DNA from: Bacteroidales bacterium
Lineage (GTDB): Bacteria > Bacteroidota > Bacteroidia > Bacteroidales > DASVHX01
DNA length: 64,000 nucleotides
Direction: 5' to 3'
Assembly: GCA_038246075.1 (NCBI GenBank)
Contig: JBBRRV010000001.1
Span: 20,008 to 84,007 of the forward strand
Part shown: in pieces, positions 1-9,170 of the stretch
How positions within the stretch are numbered: the first letter of the stretch is position 1
Layout: each line of letters begins with the position of its first letter
Notes under the pieces: model-generated
Told to the model about the DNA's origin: nothing
Seen by the model: only the letters and a program-made list of their open reading frames with translations
Databases searched by the model: none
Made by a program: the position numbers and the translations under genes

Positions 1-933
1 TAGATCTGATCGAGGAAATCCTTGTTTTTGAATTCCTTCGCCATTTTAACCAATCCTTTTTCAATGCTGCGCTTATCGCCTGCACGTATATCAAAGGAAT
101 TTGCCAGGTTGATTCTGGCATTGAAAGCCAGTTCGTATGATGGTGAGGATTTAATGACCTTTGAATAATATTCGGTAGCGTTGGACAGATTTTTCTCCTG
201 ATCGGCAATCTGACCAAGGATAAAATATAAACGTGCCTGTACTTTTTTGCTTTTGTTCTGTGTAATGCCTTGGATAAGGTATTCTTTGGCAGGAGCATAG
301 TTTTTTTGCAGGATAAAATAATCGGCATAAACAAGCGATATATCTCTTTTTACATTGAAGGGAACCTTTTCCGTTTCAATTTTACTTTGCAATAAATCAA
401 GCACCGACCCGGCGTCGCTGTATTTTTTCTGCTGCAGCAGGGTGCGTGCCTGCCAAAGCATGGCATCATACTGGATTGGATTGTAATTGTATTGCCGCAT
501 TACAAAATCAAATGTGCGTTTTGCAGCAGTATAGTCGTGCTTATAGAAATAGGCTTTGCCGATAAGCATATAGCTGTCGTCAATCCATTTAACGCGTTCC
601 CTTTTCCCGAAAACCATGGAATGCCGCTGGATAACAATGGAGGCTTTTGCAATGGCCCTTTCCATGGCTGCATTCAACCTAGCGGCGTCGGATTCAGTTC
701 CGTAATTGGCCACCGGCAGCACACGGGTGTAGTTATCCTGAACATTTTTTCCCAGATCAGCAATCCCATCCTTCAGGCTTTCATTACCATTCCAGTATGT
801 ATTGTAGTGTGCCGACAGGTTGTGATATGCCCGGCGAATGAAGGTGTTTTTTTTTGTAGAACATGCCACGGTTGTTGCTATCAAAAGCGCGACAGCAGCA
901 CCCTGTATGACCCTGATAGAAAGTTTACCCATC
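1..933 (-). CDS. sprE: TPR lipoprotein, SprE/PorW-like T9SS/gliding component (N-terminal part; the C-terminus runs off the left edge of the window)
   Basis: My own reverse-strand translation from ATG at 933-931 gives MGKLSIRVIQGAAVALLIATTVAC|STKKNTFIRRAYHNLSAHYNTYWNGNESLKDGIADLG... and stays open to position 1. It has a lipobox (TVAC), and the RAYHN..AHYN.YWNG opening followed by TPR-like helices matches my recollection of SprE/PorW. It is absent from the ORF track because it has no stop codon inside the window. Confidence 0.6.
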
Positions 934-1293
934 AACATTTTTGGAATTTGAAATTATACCGGGTCATGTACCCTCATTAACTCATTATATGCAAAAATAT
1001 TTTATTTTTCCCAATCTTCTCAGGACAAATGCAAAAAGAACCTTGTTAATCGCAACTGATTCACCGTTTCTTTCAAAAAGCATGAAAATAAATACGACGT
1101 TCGGCAGCTATCGGAGGATTTTCCGGAAGCAGCGGAATGCTTTTGTGGGCCGACAGCATATGCGGCCTTATATAATTAACATGCGCCATAACCAATCGCA
1201 GCAGGACTTGCGGCCTTGGTTTGAATAAACCTTTGGCTGGTCAGGCAAATAATTGCGATATTTGCACTTTCTGATCCCACCACCAAATGACAC

Positions 1294-2193
1294 ATGAGCG
1301 GATTTAAACAAGAAGGTAAAAAAATAAGGCAGCAGTTTCTGGAACGGCTCAGGGATAAATACAGGCTGGTCATTCTGAATGAAGACACCTTTGAAGAAAG
1401 ATTTTCACTCAGATTGTCGCGTTTGAATGTTTTTGTAGTTTTAGGTGTACTCTCCATCCTTATTGTTTTCATTACAACCTATATCATTGCCTTCACGCCT
1501 TTACGCGAATATATTCCCGGTTATACTGATGTGCACCTGCAACGCAATATCTATGAGCTTCAACTAAAGGCTGATTCAATCGAAAATGCCTTTGCCAGCA
1601 AGGACAAGTACATTAAAAACCTGCAAACCATTTTCGGGGGAAAAACAATAGCTGAAGCGCCTAAGACTGCGCAGGACACTGTCAAAAAGAAGAAGAATTA
1701 CCAGGCCATTACCGACAAACGCTCGGAAGCAGATTCCCTGCTGCGCTCTGATTACGAAAACCAGAACAAATACAATTTATTTGTAGACGACCGCGTTGAT
1801 AAAAAACCAAAGGCGGGTGCTGCAAACCTGTATTTTTTTACCCCTATCAAGGGTATCCTCACCAGCAAGTTTGATCCTGCTCAGGAGCACTATGGCATTG
1901 ATGTTGTTGCCAAACGCAATGAAGCCATCAAATCCGTGCAGGACGGCACCGTTATATTTAACGGGTGGACGGTGGAAACAGGCTATGTGATTGCCATTCA
2001 ACATGCCGGTGATATCATTTCGGTATATAAACACAATTCAGTATTGCTCAAAAAGGAAGGAAATTTTGTGAGAGCAGGCGAAGCCATAGCCATTATAGGT
2101 GAATCAGGCGAACTCTCCACCGGCCCGCATCTGCATCTCGAACTCTGGATCAATGGCAACCCGGTAAATCCCATTGATTATATGTCATTTTAA
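1294..2193 (+). CDS. M23 family metallopeptidase (LytM-type), membrane anchored
   Basis: HYGIDV (HxxxD) and GPHLHLELW (HxH) zinc motifs sit in the C-terminal half. There is one N-terminal TM helix. Confidence 0.85.
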   Translation: MSGFKQEGKKIRQQFLERLRDKYRLVILNEDTFEERFSLRLSRLNVFVVLGVLSILIVFITTYIIAFTPLREYIPGYTDVHLQRNIYELQLKADSIENAFASKDKYIKNLQTIFGGKTIAEAPKTAQDTVKKKKNYQAITDKRSEADSLLRSDYENQNKYNLFVDDRVDKKPKAGAANLYFFTPIKGILTSKFDPAQEHYGIDVVAKRNEAIKSVQDGTVIFNGWTVETGYVIAIQHAGDIISVYKHNSVLLKKEGNFVRAGEAIAIIGESGELSTGPHLHLELWINGNPVNPIDYMSF

Positions 2194-2214
2194 CAGTTTT
2201 AAACTACGCTTCAT

Positions 2215-3375
2215 TTGAAAAGACGCATTGCTATACTGGGATCAACGGGTTCCATCGGCACCCAGGCATTAGAAGTTATCAGGCAACAATCCGAACATTT
2301 TGAGGTAGAAGTTCTGACAGCTCAATCCAGCTCCGCTGCGCTGATCCGCCAGGCTATCGAGTTTCGGCCAAATTCAGTGGTAATCGGAGATGAAACCCTC
2401 TACCACGAAGTGAACGAGGCACTGGCCTCCTTCGATATTAAAGTTTATGCCGGCCGCGAAGCTTTGCTCCAGATCGTTGAGATGGAAACCATTGATATGG
2501 TGCTTGTAGCCCTGGTTGGCTTTGCGGCACTCCTGCCAACGCTGCGTGCCATCGAAGCCGGAAAACCCATTGCTATCGCGAACAAGGAAACTTTTGTTGT
2601 AGCCGGTGAAATTGTAACTGCGCTGGCCAGGAAAAGGGCAGTGAATATTTTCCCTGTCGATTCAGAACATTCAGCCATTTTTCAATGTCTGGCAGGTGAG
2701 TTTCATAACCCTATTGAGAAGATTCTGCTCACGGCATCCGGTGGCCCTTTTCATGGGAAAGACCGCGAATTCATGGCCCGGGTGACGAAGGAACAGGCAT
2801 TAAAGCATCCTAACTGGAACATGGGATGCAAAGTAACCATCGATTCGGCAACACTGATGAACAAAGGCCTTGAAGTTATTGAGGCCCGTTGGCTTTTTAA
2901 TGTTGCGCCGGCACAAATTGAAGTGGTTGTTCACCCTCAAAGCATTATTCACTCCATGGTACAGTTTGCCGATGGCTCCATCAAAGCACAGATGGGGCTG
3001 CCTGATATGCGGCTACCCATACAATATGCACTGGGCTACCCCGAGCGCCTGGCTTCCAATTTTCCACGACTCAACTTTGCCGATTTTCCTGAACTCACTT
3101 TCAGTAAGCCTGATAGTAAAATATTTCGTAATCTTGCACTCGCGTATGAAGCGCTTGATAAAGGTGGCAACATGCCTTGTATACTCAATGCCGCCGACGA
3201 AATTGCAGTGCATGCCTTTCTGAAGGACAAGGTTGGATTCATGCAGATGACAGATGTCATTGATCAGTGTATGCAGCATGTTAGTTTTATTGCTTCACCT
3301 GTATATGACGATTATGTGCAGACTGATATAGAAACCCGCAAAAGGGCAGAGGAAATCATCAATCGCTTGGCCTGA
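2215..3375 (+). CDS. dxr: 1-deoxy-D-xylulose-5-phosphate reductoisomerase
   Basis: N-terminus MKRRIAILGSTGSIGTQALEVI (NADPH-binding motif), plus NKE, DSEHSA and NKGLEVIEA motifs. TTG start. Confidence 0.95.
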   Translation: MKRRIAILGSTGSIGTQALEVIRQQSEHFEVEVLTAQSSSAALIRQAIEFRPNSVVIGDETLYHEVNEALASFDIKVYAGREALLQIVEMETIDMVLVALVGFAALLPTLRAIEAGKPIAIANKETFVVAGEIVTALARKRAVNIFPVDSEHSAIFQCLAGEFHNPIEKILLTASGGPFHGKDREFMARVTKEQALKHPNWNMGCKVTIDSATLMNKGLEVIEARWLFNVAPAQIEVVVHPQSIIHSMVQFADGSIKAQMGLPDMRLPIQYALGYPERLASNFPRLNFADFPELTFSKPDSKIFRNLALAYEALDKGGNMPCILNAADEIAVHAFLKDKVGFMQMTDVIDQCMQHVSFIASPVYDDYVQTDIETRKRAEEIINRLA

Positions 3376-3426
3376 TGCTTCAATCAGGTTTTAAATCAAT
3401 CATAAATTACCCCGATAAATATTTTT

Positions 3427-4755
3427 ATGGAAGTACTGATTAAAATAGCGCAACTTATTCTTAGTCTCTCGATACTCGTGATTTTCCACGAATTCGGTCA
3501 TTTTATTGCATCCAAGATTTTCGGTGCCCGTGTGGAGAAATTCTATCTCTTTTTCGATCCCTGGTTTTCACTGTTCAAATTTAAAAAAGGTGATACGGAA
3601 TATGGGGTTGGCTGGCTGCCGTTAGGAGGTTATGTCAAAATTTCGGGAATGATTGATGAATCAATGGATAAGGAGGCTATGAAACTGCCACCGCAACCAT
3701 GGGAGTTCCGATCAAAACCGGCGTGGCAACGGCTCATTATCATGCTGGGTGGTGTCACGGTTAATATCCTGCTGGCCATAGCCATTTATATCCTGATGCT
3801 CTTTACCTGGGGCGAACAATATCTTCCTACGGCATCATTGAAATACGGAATAACTGTCGATACCCTGGGAGCTGAAATGGGTCTGCGCAATGGAGATAAG
3901 ATTCTTTCCGTTGATGGCGATAAAGTTGAGGACTTTCTTAAAATTCCCGGTAAAATCATCCTGGACGATGCCAAAACCATACAGGTTGAACGTGAAGGTG
4001 TTCCTACTGAGGTTAAAATCCCGGAAGGCTTCATCAGCAAGATGCTGAAGCAAAAAACGCCTGACTTTATCAATATACGCGTTCCTTTTATTGTTGATGG
4101 GTTTACGAAAGATTCCCCAGCCAAGGCTGCAGGTATTCAGGACGGCGACCGCATCATAGGCCTTAACGGGCAGCCTACCTTGTACTTTGATCAGTTTAAG
4201 GCAGCGGTCACCCAAAAAAAAGGACAGAAAGTTGATGTAACCGTGCTCCGTAAAAACGACACATTAAATATGCCGGTGACACTCACTGCTGAAGGGATGA
4301 TCGGTGTCGCAGCAAAAGGTGACCTGGCTGCTTTTTTTAAGGTAAGCGAAAGACAATATACGCTTTTGGAAGCCATTCCTGCGGGAGCAGCAAAAGCCTA
4401 CACGGGTGTGGGCGATTACCTCAAATCACTTAAGCTATTGTTTTCGCCAAAGGTGAAGGCATACGAATCTGTTGGCGGATTCATCACGATTGCGAAGATT
4501 TTTCCCGGTGAATGGCATTGGGAAGCTTTTTGGAAATTAACAGCCTTTTTATCCATTATGCTGGCTATCCTGAATGTACTTCCGATACCGGCGCTCGACG
4601 GTGGACATGTGATGTTCCTGTTCTATGAGATCATAACACGCCGCAAACCCAGTGACAAGTTCCTTGAGTATGCACAGATTGTTGGAATGGTATTATTGTT
4701 ATCACTGCTCGTTTTTGCCAATGGGAATGATATCGTCAAGCTTTTCAGGCATTAA
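3427..4755 (+). CDS. rseP: RIP (site-2) zinc metalloprotease RseP, M50 family with PDZ domains
   Basis: HEFGHF motif in the first TM helix, central PDZ-like segments, and a C-terminal LNVLPIPALDGGH motif. Confidence 0.9.
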   Translation: MEVLIKIAQLILSLSILVIFHEFGHFIASKIFGARVEKFYLFFDPWFSLFKFKKGDTEYGVGWLPLGGYVKISGMIDESMDKEAMKLPPQPWEFRSKPAWQRLIIMLGGVTVNILLAIAIYILMLFTWGEQYLPTASLKYGITVDTLGAEMGLRNGDKILSVDGDKVEDFLKIPGKIILDDAKTIQVEREGVPTEVKIPEGFISKMLKQKTPDFINIRVPFIVDGFTKDSPAKAAGIQDGDRIIGLNGQPTLYFDQFKAAVTQKKGQKVDVTVLRKNDTLNMPVTLTAEGMIGVAAKGDLAAFFKVSERQYTLLEAIPAGAAKAYTGVGDYLKSLKLLFSPKVKAYESVGGFITIAKIFPGEWHWEAFWKLTAFLSIMLAILNVLPIPALDGGHVMFLFYEIITRRKPSDKFLEYAQIVGMVLLLSLLVFANGNDIVKLFRH

Positions 4756-4997
4756 GAAGAGGCAATAGGCAATAGGCAATAGGGGAAAGGAGAACGGCTG
4801 CTCGAATGTACGACTGCACGACTGTACGACTGCACGACTGTGCGAGGGAGCGAGGGGGCGATGAGATACACGACAGCACGAGGTGGCGGTGTGAAATTTA
4901 CGGAACGCAGAAATACCAGAGGCCCTATAATGAGGCCAACTCCAAGCACTCTAGCGCACTCCAGGCACTCTAGGCACTCTAGCGCACTCTAGGCACT
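4756..4997. repeat. Composite intergenic tandem-repeat block: (AGGCAAT)x3, seven 8-bp units (TGYACGAC degrading to GGRGCGAG), and a CTAG(G/C)GCACT array
   Basis: Read directly. AGGCAAT units lie at 4760-4780, 8-mers at 4807-4862, and CCAACTCCAAGCACTCTAGCGCACTCCAGGCACTCTAGGCACTCTAGCGCACTCTAGGCACT at 4937-4997. The block fills the whole spacer between convergent rseP and a YitT gene. Confidence 0.9.
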
Positions 4998-5893
4998 TAG
5001 TCTTCAATCTTTTCACTCAGCGATTTAAACCCTTTTCCAAGAATTTCATTCGCATCAAAGACGGTGAGGAATGCATGTGGATCTATCCGGTTGATCATTT
5101 CCTCCAGCATAACGACTTCCCTGCGGTTTACTACCGTGAAAATTATTTTCTTGTCGGTGCCATTATACATCCCAACACCCTCCAGGATTGTTCCTCCGCG
5201 GTGAATATCGTTCAGCACCATCGTGCGTATTTCCGCGGATTTGTCTGAGATAATGAAAAGGGTTTTATCGTAGGATACGCCCGTGAGGACGGCATCGATC
5301 ACTTTACCCATGACGAAGATGGTTATCCAGGAATAGAGCGGAATACGCCAATCGCCGAAAGCAATAAATCCGGTAAGCACGATCATGGAATCTACGAACA
5401 TTAAGGTATAGGCAACAGGCGTCCTGGTGTATTTAGCAATGATCATGGCAATCACGTCCGAACCTCCGCTGGTGGCTTTTGCTTTGAAGATCAAACCAAC
5501 CCCGGCCCCGATGATCACTCCGCCAAAAATGCTTGAAACAAGTGCATCATTTGGCACCAGGGGACTTTCGCCATGCATAAAGGTGAGTAACTCCACAAAA
5601 AAGGATGTCAGCACGAAGCTGACGATGGTCTTGATGCCGAACCTGGGCCCCAGAATTTTGGTTCCGATAATGGTGAGTGGTATGTTAAAGGCAAGTGCGG
5701 TAATCCCCACCGGCAGGCCAAGCATATAATGTAGCACTATGGCGAGGCCATATACGCCACCCGGAACAATTTTATAAGGTGTAATAAAAAATACATAACC
5801 GGCAGCAACGGCCAGTGTGCCAACAAGGATAAGGGCATATGACTTTAGCCATCGTGCCGAGAAAGGTTTTTCGTATTGCAGCAATGCCATCAA
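4997..5893 (-). CDS. YitT family membrane protein (DUF2179 C-terminal domain)
   Basis: Multi-TM N-terminal region with an ATSGGSDV motif and a soluble C-terminal domain. It is a close paralog of the next gene. Confidence 0.8.
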   Translation of the reverse strand: MMALLQYEKPFSARWLKSYALILVGTLAVAAGYVFFITPYKIVPGGVYGLAIVLHYMLGLPVGITALAFNIPLTIIGTKILGPRFGIKTIVSFVLTSFFVELLTFMHGESPLVPNDALVSSIFGGVIIGAGVGLIFKAKATSGGSDVIAMIIAKYTRTPVAYTLMFVDSMIVLTGFIAFGDWRIPLYSWITIFVMGKVIDAVLTGVSYDKTLFIISDKSAEIRTMVLNDIHRGGTILEGVGMYNGTDKKIIFTVVNRREVVMLEEMINRIDPHAFLTVFDANEILGKGFKSLSEKIED

Positions 5894-6006
5894 TGAGAAA
5901 TTAAGGTAATAACCCCGATAGTCCGGCAGCGAAAGGCTGGCCTTATGTTGATTATTTCTGAAAGTAACTTTCCGGTCAGTCCCAGGAAGGTATCAACAGC
6001 TAATTT

Positions 6007-6927
6007 TTATTCAGAAACTTTATCGTATAATGATTTGAACCCTTCGCCTAGGATTTCGTTGGCGTTAACTACGGTAACAAAAGCATCTGCATCGATCTGA
6101 TGAATGTATTCTTCCAGAATAGCCAGTTCACGGCGGCTCACGACCGTAAAAATAACTGTTTTATCTGAGCCGTTATACATGCCCTTGCCATGAATATATG
6201 TGCCCCCGCGGTGCAGGTCGTTGATGATCTTATCGCGTATCTCGGTATATTTATCGGAAATGATGAATAATGTTTTATCGTAGGTTATTCCCTCGAGCAC
6301 TACATCAATGACTTTCCCGGTTATAAAAATTACAATCCATGAATATAAAGGGATTTTCCAATCTGCAAACACAACAAGTCCCAGGAGGACAATTACTGAG
6401 TCCACATATATCATCAACTGGCCCAGTGGCAATCGCGTATATTTGGCAATGATCATAGCCACGATATCCGAGCCGCCGGAAGTAGCCTTGGATTTAAAAA
6501 TAAGCCCAAGCCCGAAACCTATCAAAACGCCGCCAAAGATAGAGGAAAGCAATGCATCATGCGCTACCAGAGGGGCTTCACCCCAGAAGTATGTAATGCC
6601 ATCCATGAATACAGAAGTGAGCACAAATCCGACGATCGTCTTTACGCCAAAACGTGGACCTAAGACCTTAATACCGATAATGGTAAGCGGAATATTCAGG
6701 ATAAGCCCCATTAATCCAATTGGAAATCCTTCGGGAGCAAAGGAAAACAGCCCTTTGGTCATGTAGTGAATAACAATTGAAATACCATAAACGCCTCCGG
6801 GCACTATTCGGTATGGTGTTATAAAAAAAACAAAACCGGCTGCAAGAATAAACGAACCGATGATGATGAGACTGTAATTAATGAACCACTTGCGTGAAAA
6901 TACTTTCTCTGTCTGAATAAATGCCAT
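6007..6927 (-). CDS. YitT family membrane protein (DUF2179 C-terminal domain), tandem paralog
   Basis: Collinear similarity to 4997..5893, e.g. FFITPYRIVPGGVYG, KATSGGSDIVAMIIAKYTR and NANEILGEGFKSL. Confidence 0.8.
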   Translation of the reverse strand: MAFIQTEKVFSRKWFINYSLIIIGSFILAAGFVFFITPYRIVPGGVYGISIVIHYMTKGLFSFAPEGFPIGLMGLILNIPLTIIGIKVLGPRFGVKTIVGFVLTSVFMDGITYFWGEAPLVAHDALLSSIFGGVLIGFGLGLIFKSKATSGGSDIVAMIIAKYTRLPLGQLMIYVDSVIVLLGLVVFADWKIPLYSWIVIFITGKVIDVVLEGITYDKTLFIISDKYTEIRDKIINDLHRGGTYIHGKGMYNGSDKTVIFTVVSRRELAILEEYIHQIDADAFVTVVNANEILGEGFKSLYDKVSE

Positions 6928-7049
6928 GTAAAAAACTGTTGAGGTGAATTGCTGGAAACAGGGGCAAAATTAGACAGAATATACCGATAGCCCATCACCC
7001 TGCTTTCAGAAAAGCAAAATTAATACAGATGATATTGATAGCCAATTGC

Positions 7050-7086
7050 TCAAAATAGAAAAGGATCGCCGTTTGGCAATCCTTTT
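7050..7086 (-). terminator. Rho-independent terminator candidate downstream of the 7134..7682 lipoprotein gene
   Basis: Stem AAGGATCGCC (7061-7070) / GGCAATCCTT (7075-7084) with loop GTTT. On the minus strand it is followed by TTTTCTATTTT. Confidence 0.5.
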
Positions 7087-7133
7087 TATATCATTCGTTA
7101 ATGGTTATTTACCCATTTTGACTTTAGTAGTGA

Positions 7134-7682
7134 TCAGACCTGGACAAGGAGGTCAGCATTAAATTTTATCCATGTTTTTGCAACAGGATCCCAGACCCAT
7201 TGAAGCGTATAGTACCATGACCCTTTCTGAAGGGTAACATCATCGGAAACATGAGAGAAATATTGAATTCCGTCGTCAAAAAATGTTTTCCAGGCGTGTG
7301 AAGATGCATCCCATTTTAATATCTTACGGCAGAACCAGCGACCACTGGTCTTCTCTTCTGAATTACCACCATAGATAAAGTAGGATATTTTTGAATTGTT
7401 ACATTCATTATAAGCGTAGGATCTTTCACTCGAACTTCCATACACCTCGTCAGTACTTTTGTACCTGATTCCACTGGCGGCTGAGGAAGGATTGAATTCG
7501 TTGAGTGTCTGTAATTGGGTTTTTTCGATAACAGGCACCATGGAAGGTTTTCCTGATGTTGGCACTTCTGCCACCTTGACGCTCTTGTCAGTTGCTTTAT
7601 CAAATTTGCTGCAGGAATAGCTCACTGACAATATGAAAGCCAGTAATGTCGCAAAGGCAAATGTGTAACGGGATAGTTTCAT
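7134..7682 (-). CDS. hypothetical lipoprotein
   Basis: Signal peptide with lipobox (ILSVSYSC|SK). The Trp-rich C-terminal half matches no family I recognise. Confidence 0.55.
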   Translation of the reverse strand: MKLSRYTFAFATLLAFILSVSYSCSKFDKATDKSVKVAEVPTSGKPSMVPVIEKTQLQTLNEFNPSSAASGIRYKSTDEVYGSSSERSYAYNECNNSKISYFIYGGNSEEKTSGRWFCRKILKWDASSHAWKTFFDDGIQYFSHVSDDVTLQKGSWYYTLQWVWDPVAKTWIKFNADLLVQV

Positions 7683-8102
7683 GAAGATGGGTTTAGACAG
7701 AGAAAAATAGCAAAAAGGAGTGGATCAAGCAGTATATTTGTAGTGGCACTGTTTAAATTCATTACCTAAATTTGAAAAAGTAATATGACTTTTTGATCTT
7801 TTATACATAAACAAGTAACTATAATTGCAGAATCAAGGCTTTTACAGGGGTGATAATTAAAAAAATGTGCAAAAAGCGCAGTGTCAAAATGTCTGAAAAA
7901 ACTGTATTTGAAGCTTTTCCGGATTTTAAGGATAAATTCGAAAAATAATTCAGAATAATTCAGACAGGCTACTTTTTAGGTAAGATCATCGTGCTGAATT
8001 CTTGTTCTGTAATATATAGAATGAGCCTTTCATCATAAATGTTTTATTACTATTTTAGCCATCGGAATTAGACATATCAATTGCGTTTACAACCACAAGG
8101 GT

Positions 8103-9059
8103 ATGAAGTCATTAATCAGGAGTGTTGCTTTATTGCAATTAATGATCTGCACGGGAACAATGGTTCTTGCTCAGCAGCAACCTCAGTTTACCCAGAATAT
8201 GTTCAACAGATCATATACCAATCCTGGATACATAGGTATTAATAATGCAATATGCGCCACTGGTTTAATTCGTCAGCAATGGGTAGGGTTTAAAGATGCA
8301 GAAGGAAATAAAGTTGCCCCGCAGACATACCTGGTTTCGGTTGAATCTCCGGTGAAAATACTTCATGGAGGATTAGGATTAAGTATAGTGCAGGATCAAT
8401 ACGGATTTTTTAAAGATGTTACCATACGTTTAGGTTATGCATATCATCGACCCGTGGGTGAAGGAATACTGGGTTTAGGGCTTAATATGGATTTACTAAA
8501 TAAGTCACTTGATTTCAGCAAATTTATTAAGGTAGATGAAAGTGACCCGGTTCTGACCGGACAGAGTTCAAAAGGAGTAATTATGACCGATCTTGGAGTT
8601 GGCGCCTTTCTGCAAATGCCAGGTTATTATGTTGGATTTTCGGCTTTACAGTTACTGCAAAGTAGCAGTGATCTGGGAGGTGCTGCCGGAGCAGGTAAAT
8701 TTACGCTCAAGCGACACTTTTACGGGACAGCAGGTTATGACCTTACTTTTCCATTCAATCCGGCTTATGTATTTACACCGTCGGTATTTATTAAGACGGA
8801 TGGGGTCAATGCACAGTATGATATAAATGGTTTGGTTAAATACAATAATAAAGTGTGGGGAGGCGTTACATATCGGTTCAGTGATGCAATTGGTATAATG
8901 CTGGGTATGACAATAAAAGATGTGAATGTAGGGTACGCATATGATGTGCCTACTTCAAGACTTGGTTCATCCGGAAGTCATGAAATAATGATTAAATATT
9001 GCTTCAAACTTGAACGTGAAAAATCCAGGTCCAGCTATCGAAATACCAGATTTTTATAA
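8103..9059 (+). CDS. porP: PorP/SprF family type IX secretion system membrane protein
   Basis: Signal peptide followed by QQQPQFTQNMFNRSYTNPGYIG, the typical PorP/SprF opening. It has a beta-barrel-like alternating pattern, ends ...RNTRFL, and sits directly upstream of gldK. Confidence 0.8.
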   Translation: MKSLIRSVALLQLMICTGTMVLAQQQPQFTQNMFNRSYTNPGYIGINNAICATGLIRQQWVGFKDAEGNKVAPQTYLVSVESPVKILHGGLGLSIVQDQYGFFKDVTIRLGYAYHRPVGEGILGLGLNMDLLNKSLDFSKFIKVDESDPVLTGQSSKGVIMTDLGVGAFLQMPGYYVGFSALQLLQSSSDLGGAAGAGKFTLKRHFYGTAGYDLTFPFNPAYVFTPSVFIKTDGVNAQYDINGLVKYNNKVWGGVTYRFSDAIGIMLGMTIKDVNVGYAYDVPTSRLGSSGSHEIMIKYCFKLEREKSRSSYRNTRFL

Positions 9060-9170
9060 AAAGCCTATGTATTTTCCACTATTTTATTATTTTTACCTGT
9101 AAAAGTTTATGATTTTATATTAAAATATTTTCAAAATCGTTATTTGCACTAATAATCAGGATTCATTATT

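Noticed and set aside
492-1228. Plus-strand ORFs 492..980 (162 aa) and 941..1228 (95 aa)
   Set aside because: The first lies antisense to the long, motif-rich SprE/PorW-like frame on the minus strand and has a Cys/His-rich nonsense composition. The second lies in the AT-rich promoter region and has no recognisable features.
4752-4949. Minus-strand 65-aa ORF spanning the rseP/YitT spacer
   Set aside because: It is generated by reading through the 8-bp and 9-bp tandem repeats, giving repetitive RAVV/SSRS peptide text. It has no start context and overlaps the rseP stop codon.
4756-4997. Possible CRISPR array, because of the regularly spaced repeats (the same question applies to 46362-46574 and 48864-48933)
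   Set aside because: The repeat periods are 7-14 bp with no unique spacers between units, and there are no cas genes in the window. These are micro/minisatellites, not CRISPR.
7744-7760. TGGCAC at 7744-7749 as a sigma-54 -24 element upstream of porP
   Set aside because: The required -12 TTGC after a 5-nt spacer is absent (the sequence is TGGCAC-TGTTT-AAAT). Other TGGCAC occurrences I checked also lack TTGC or are inside CDSs.
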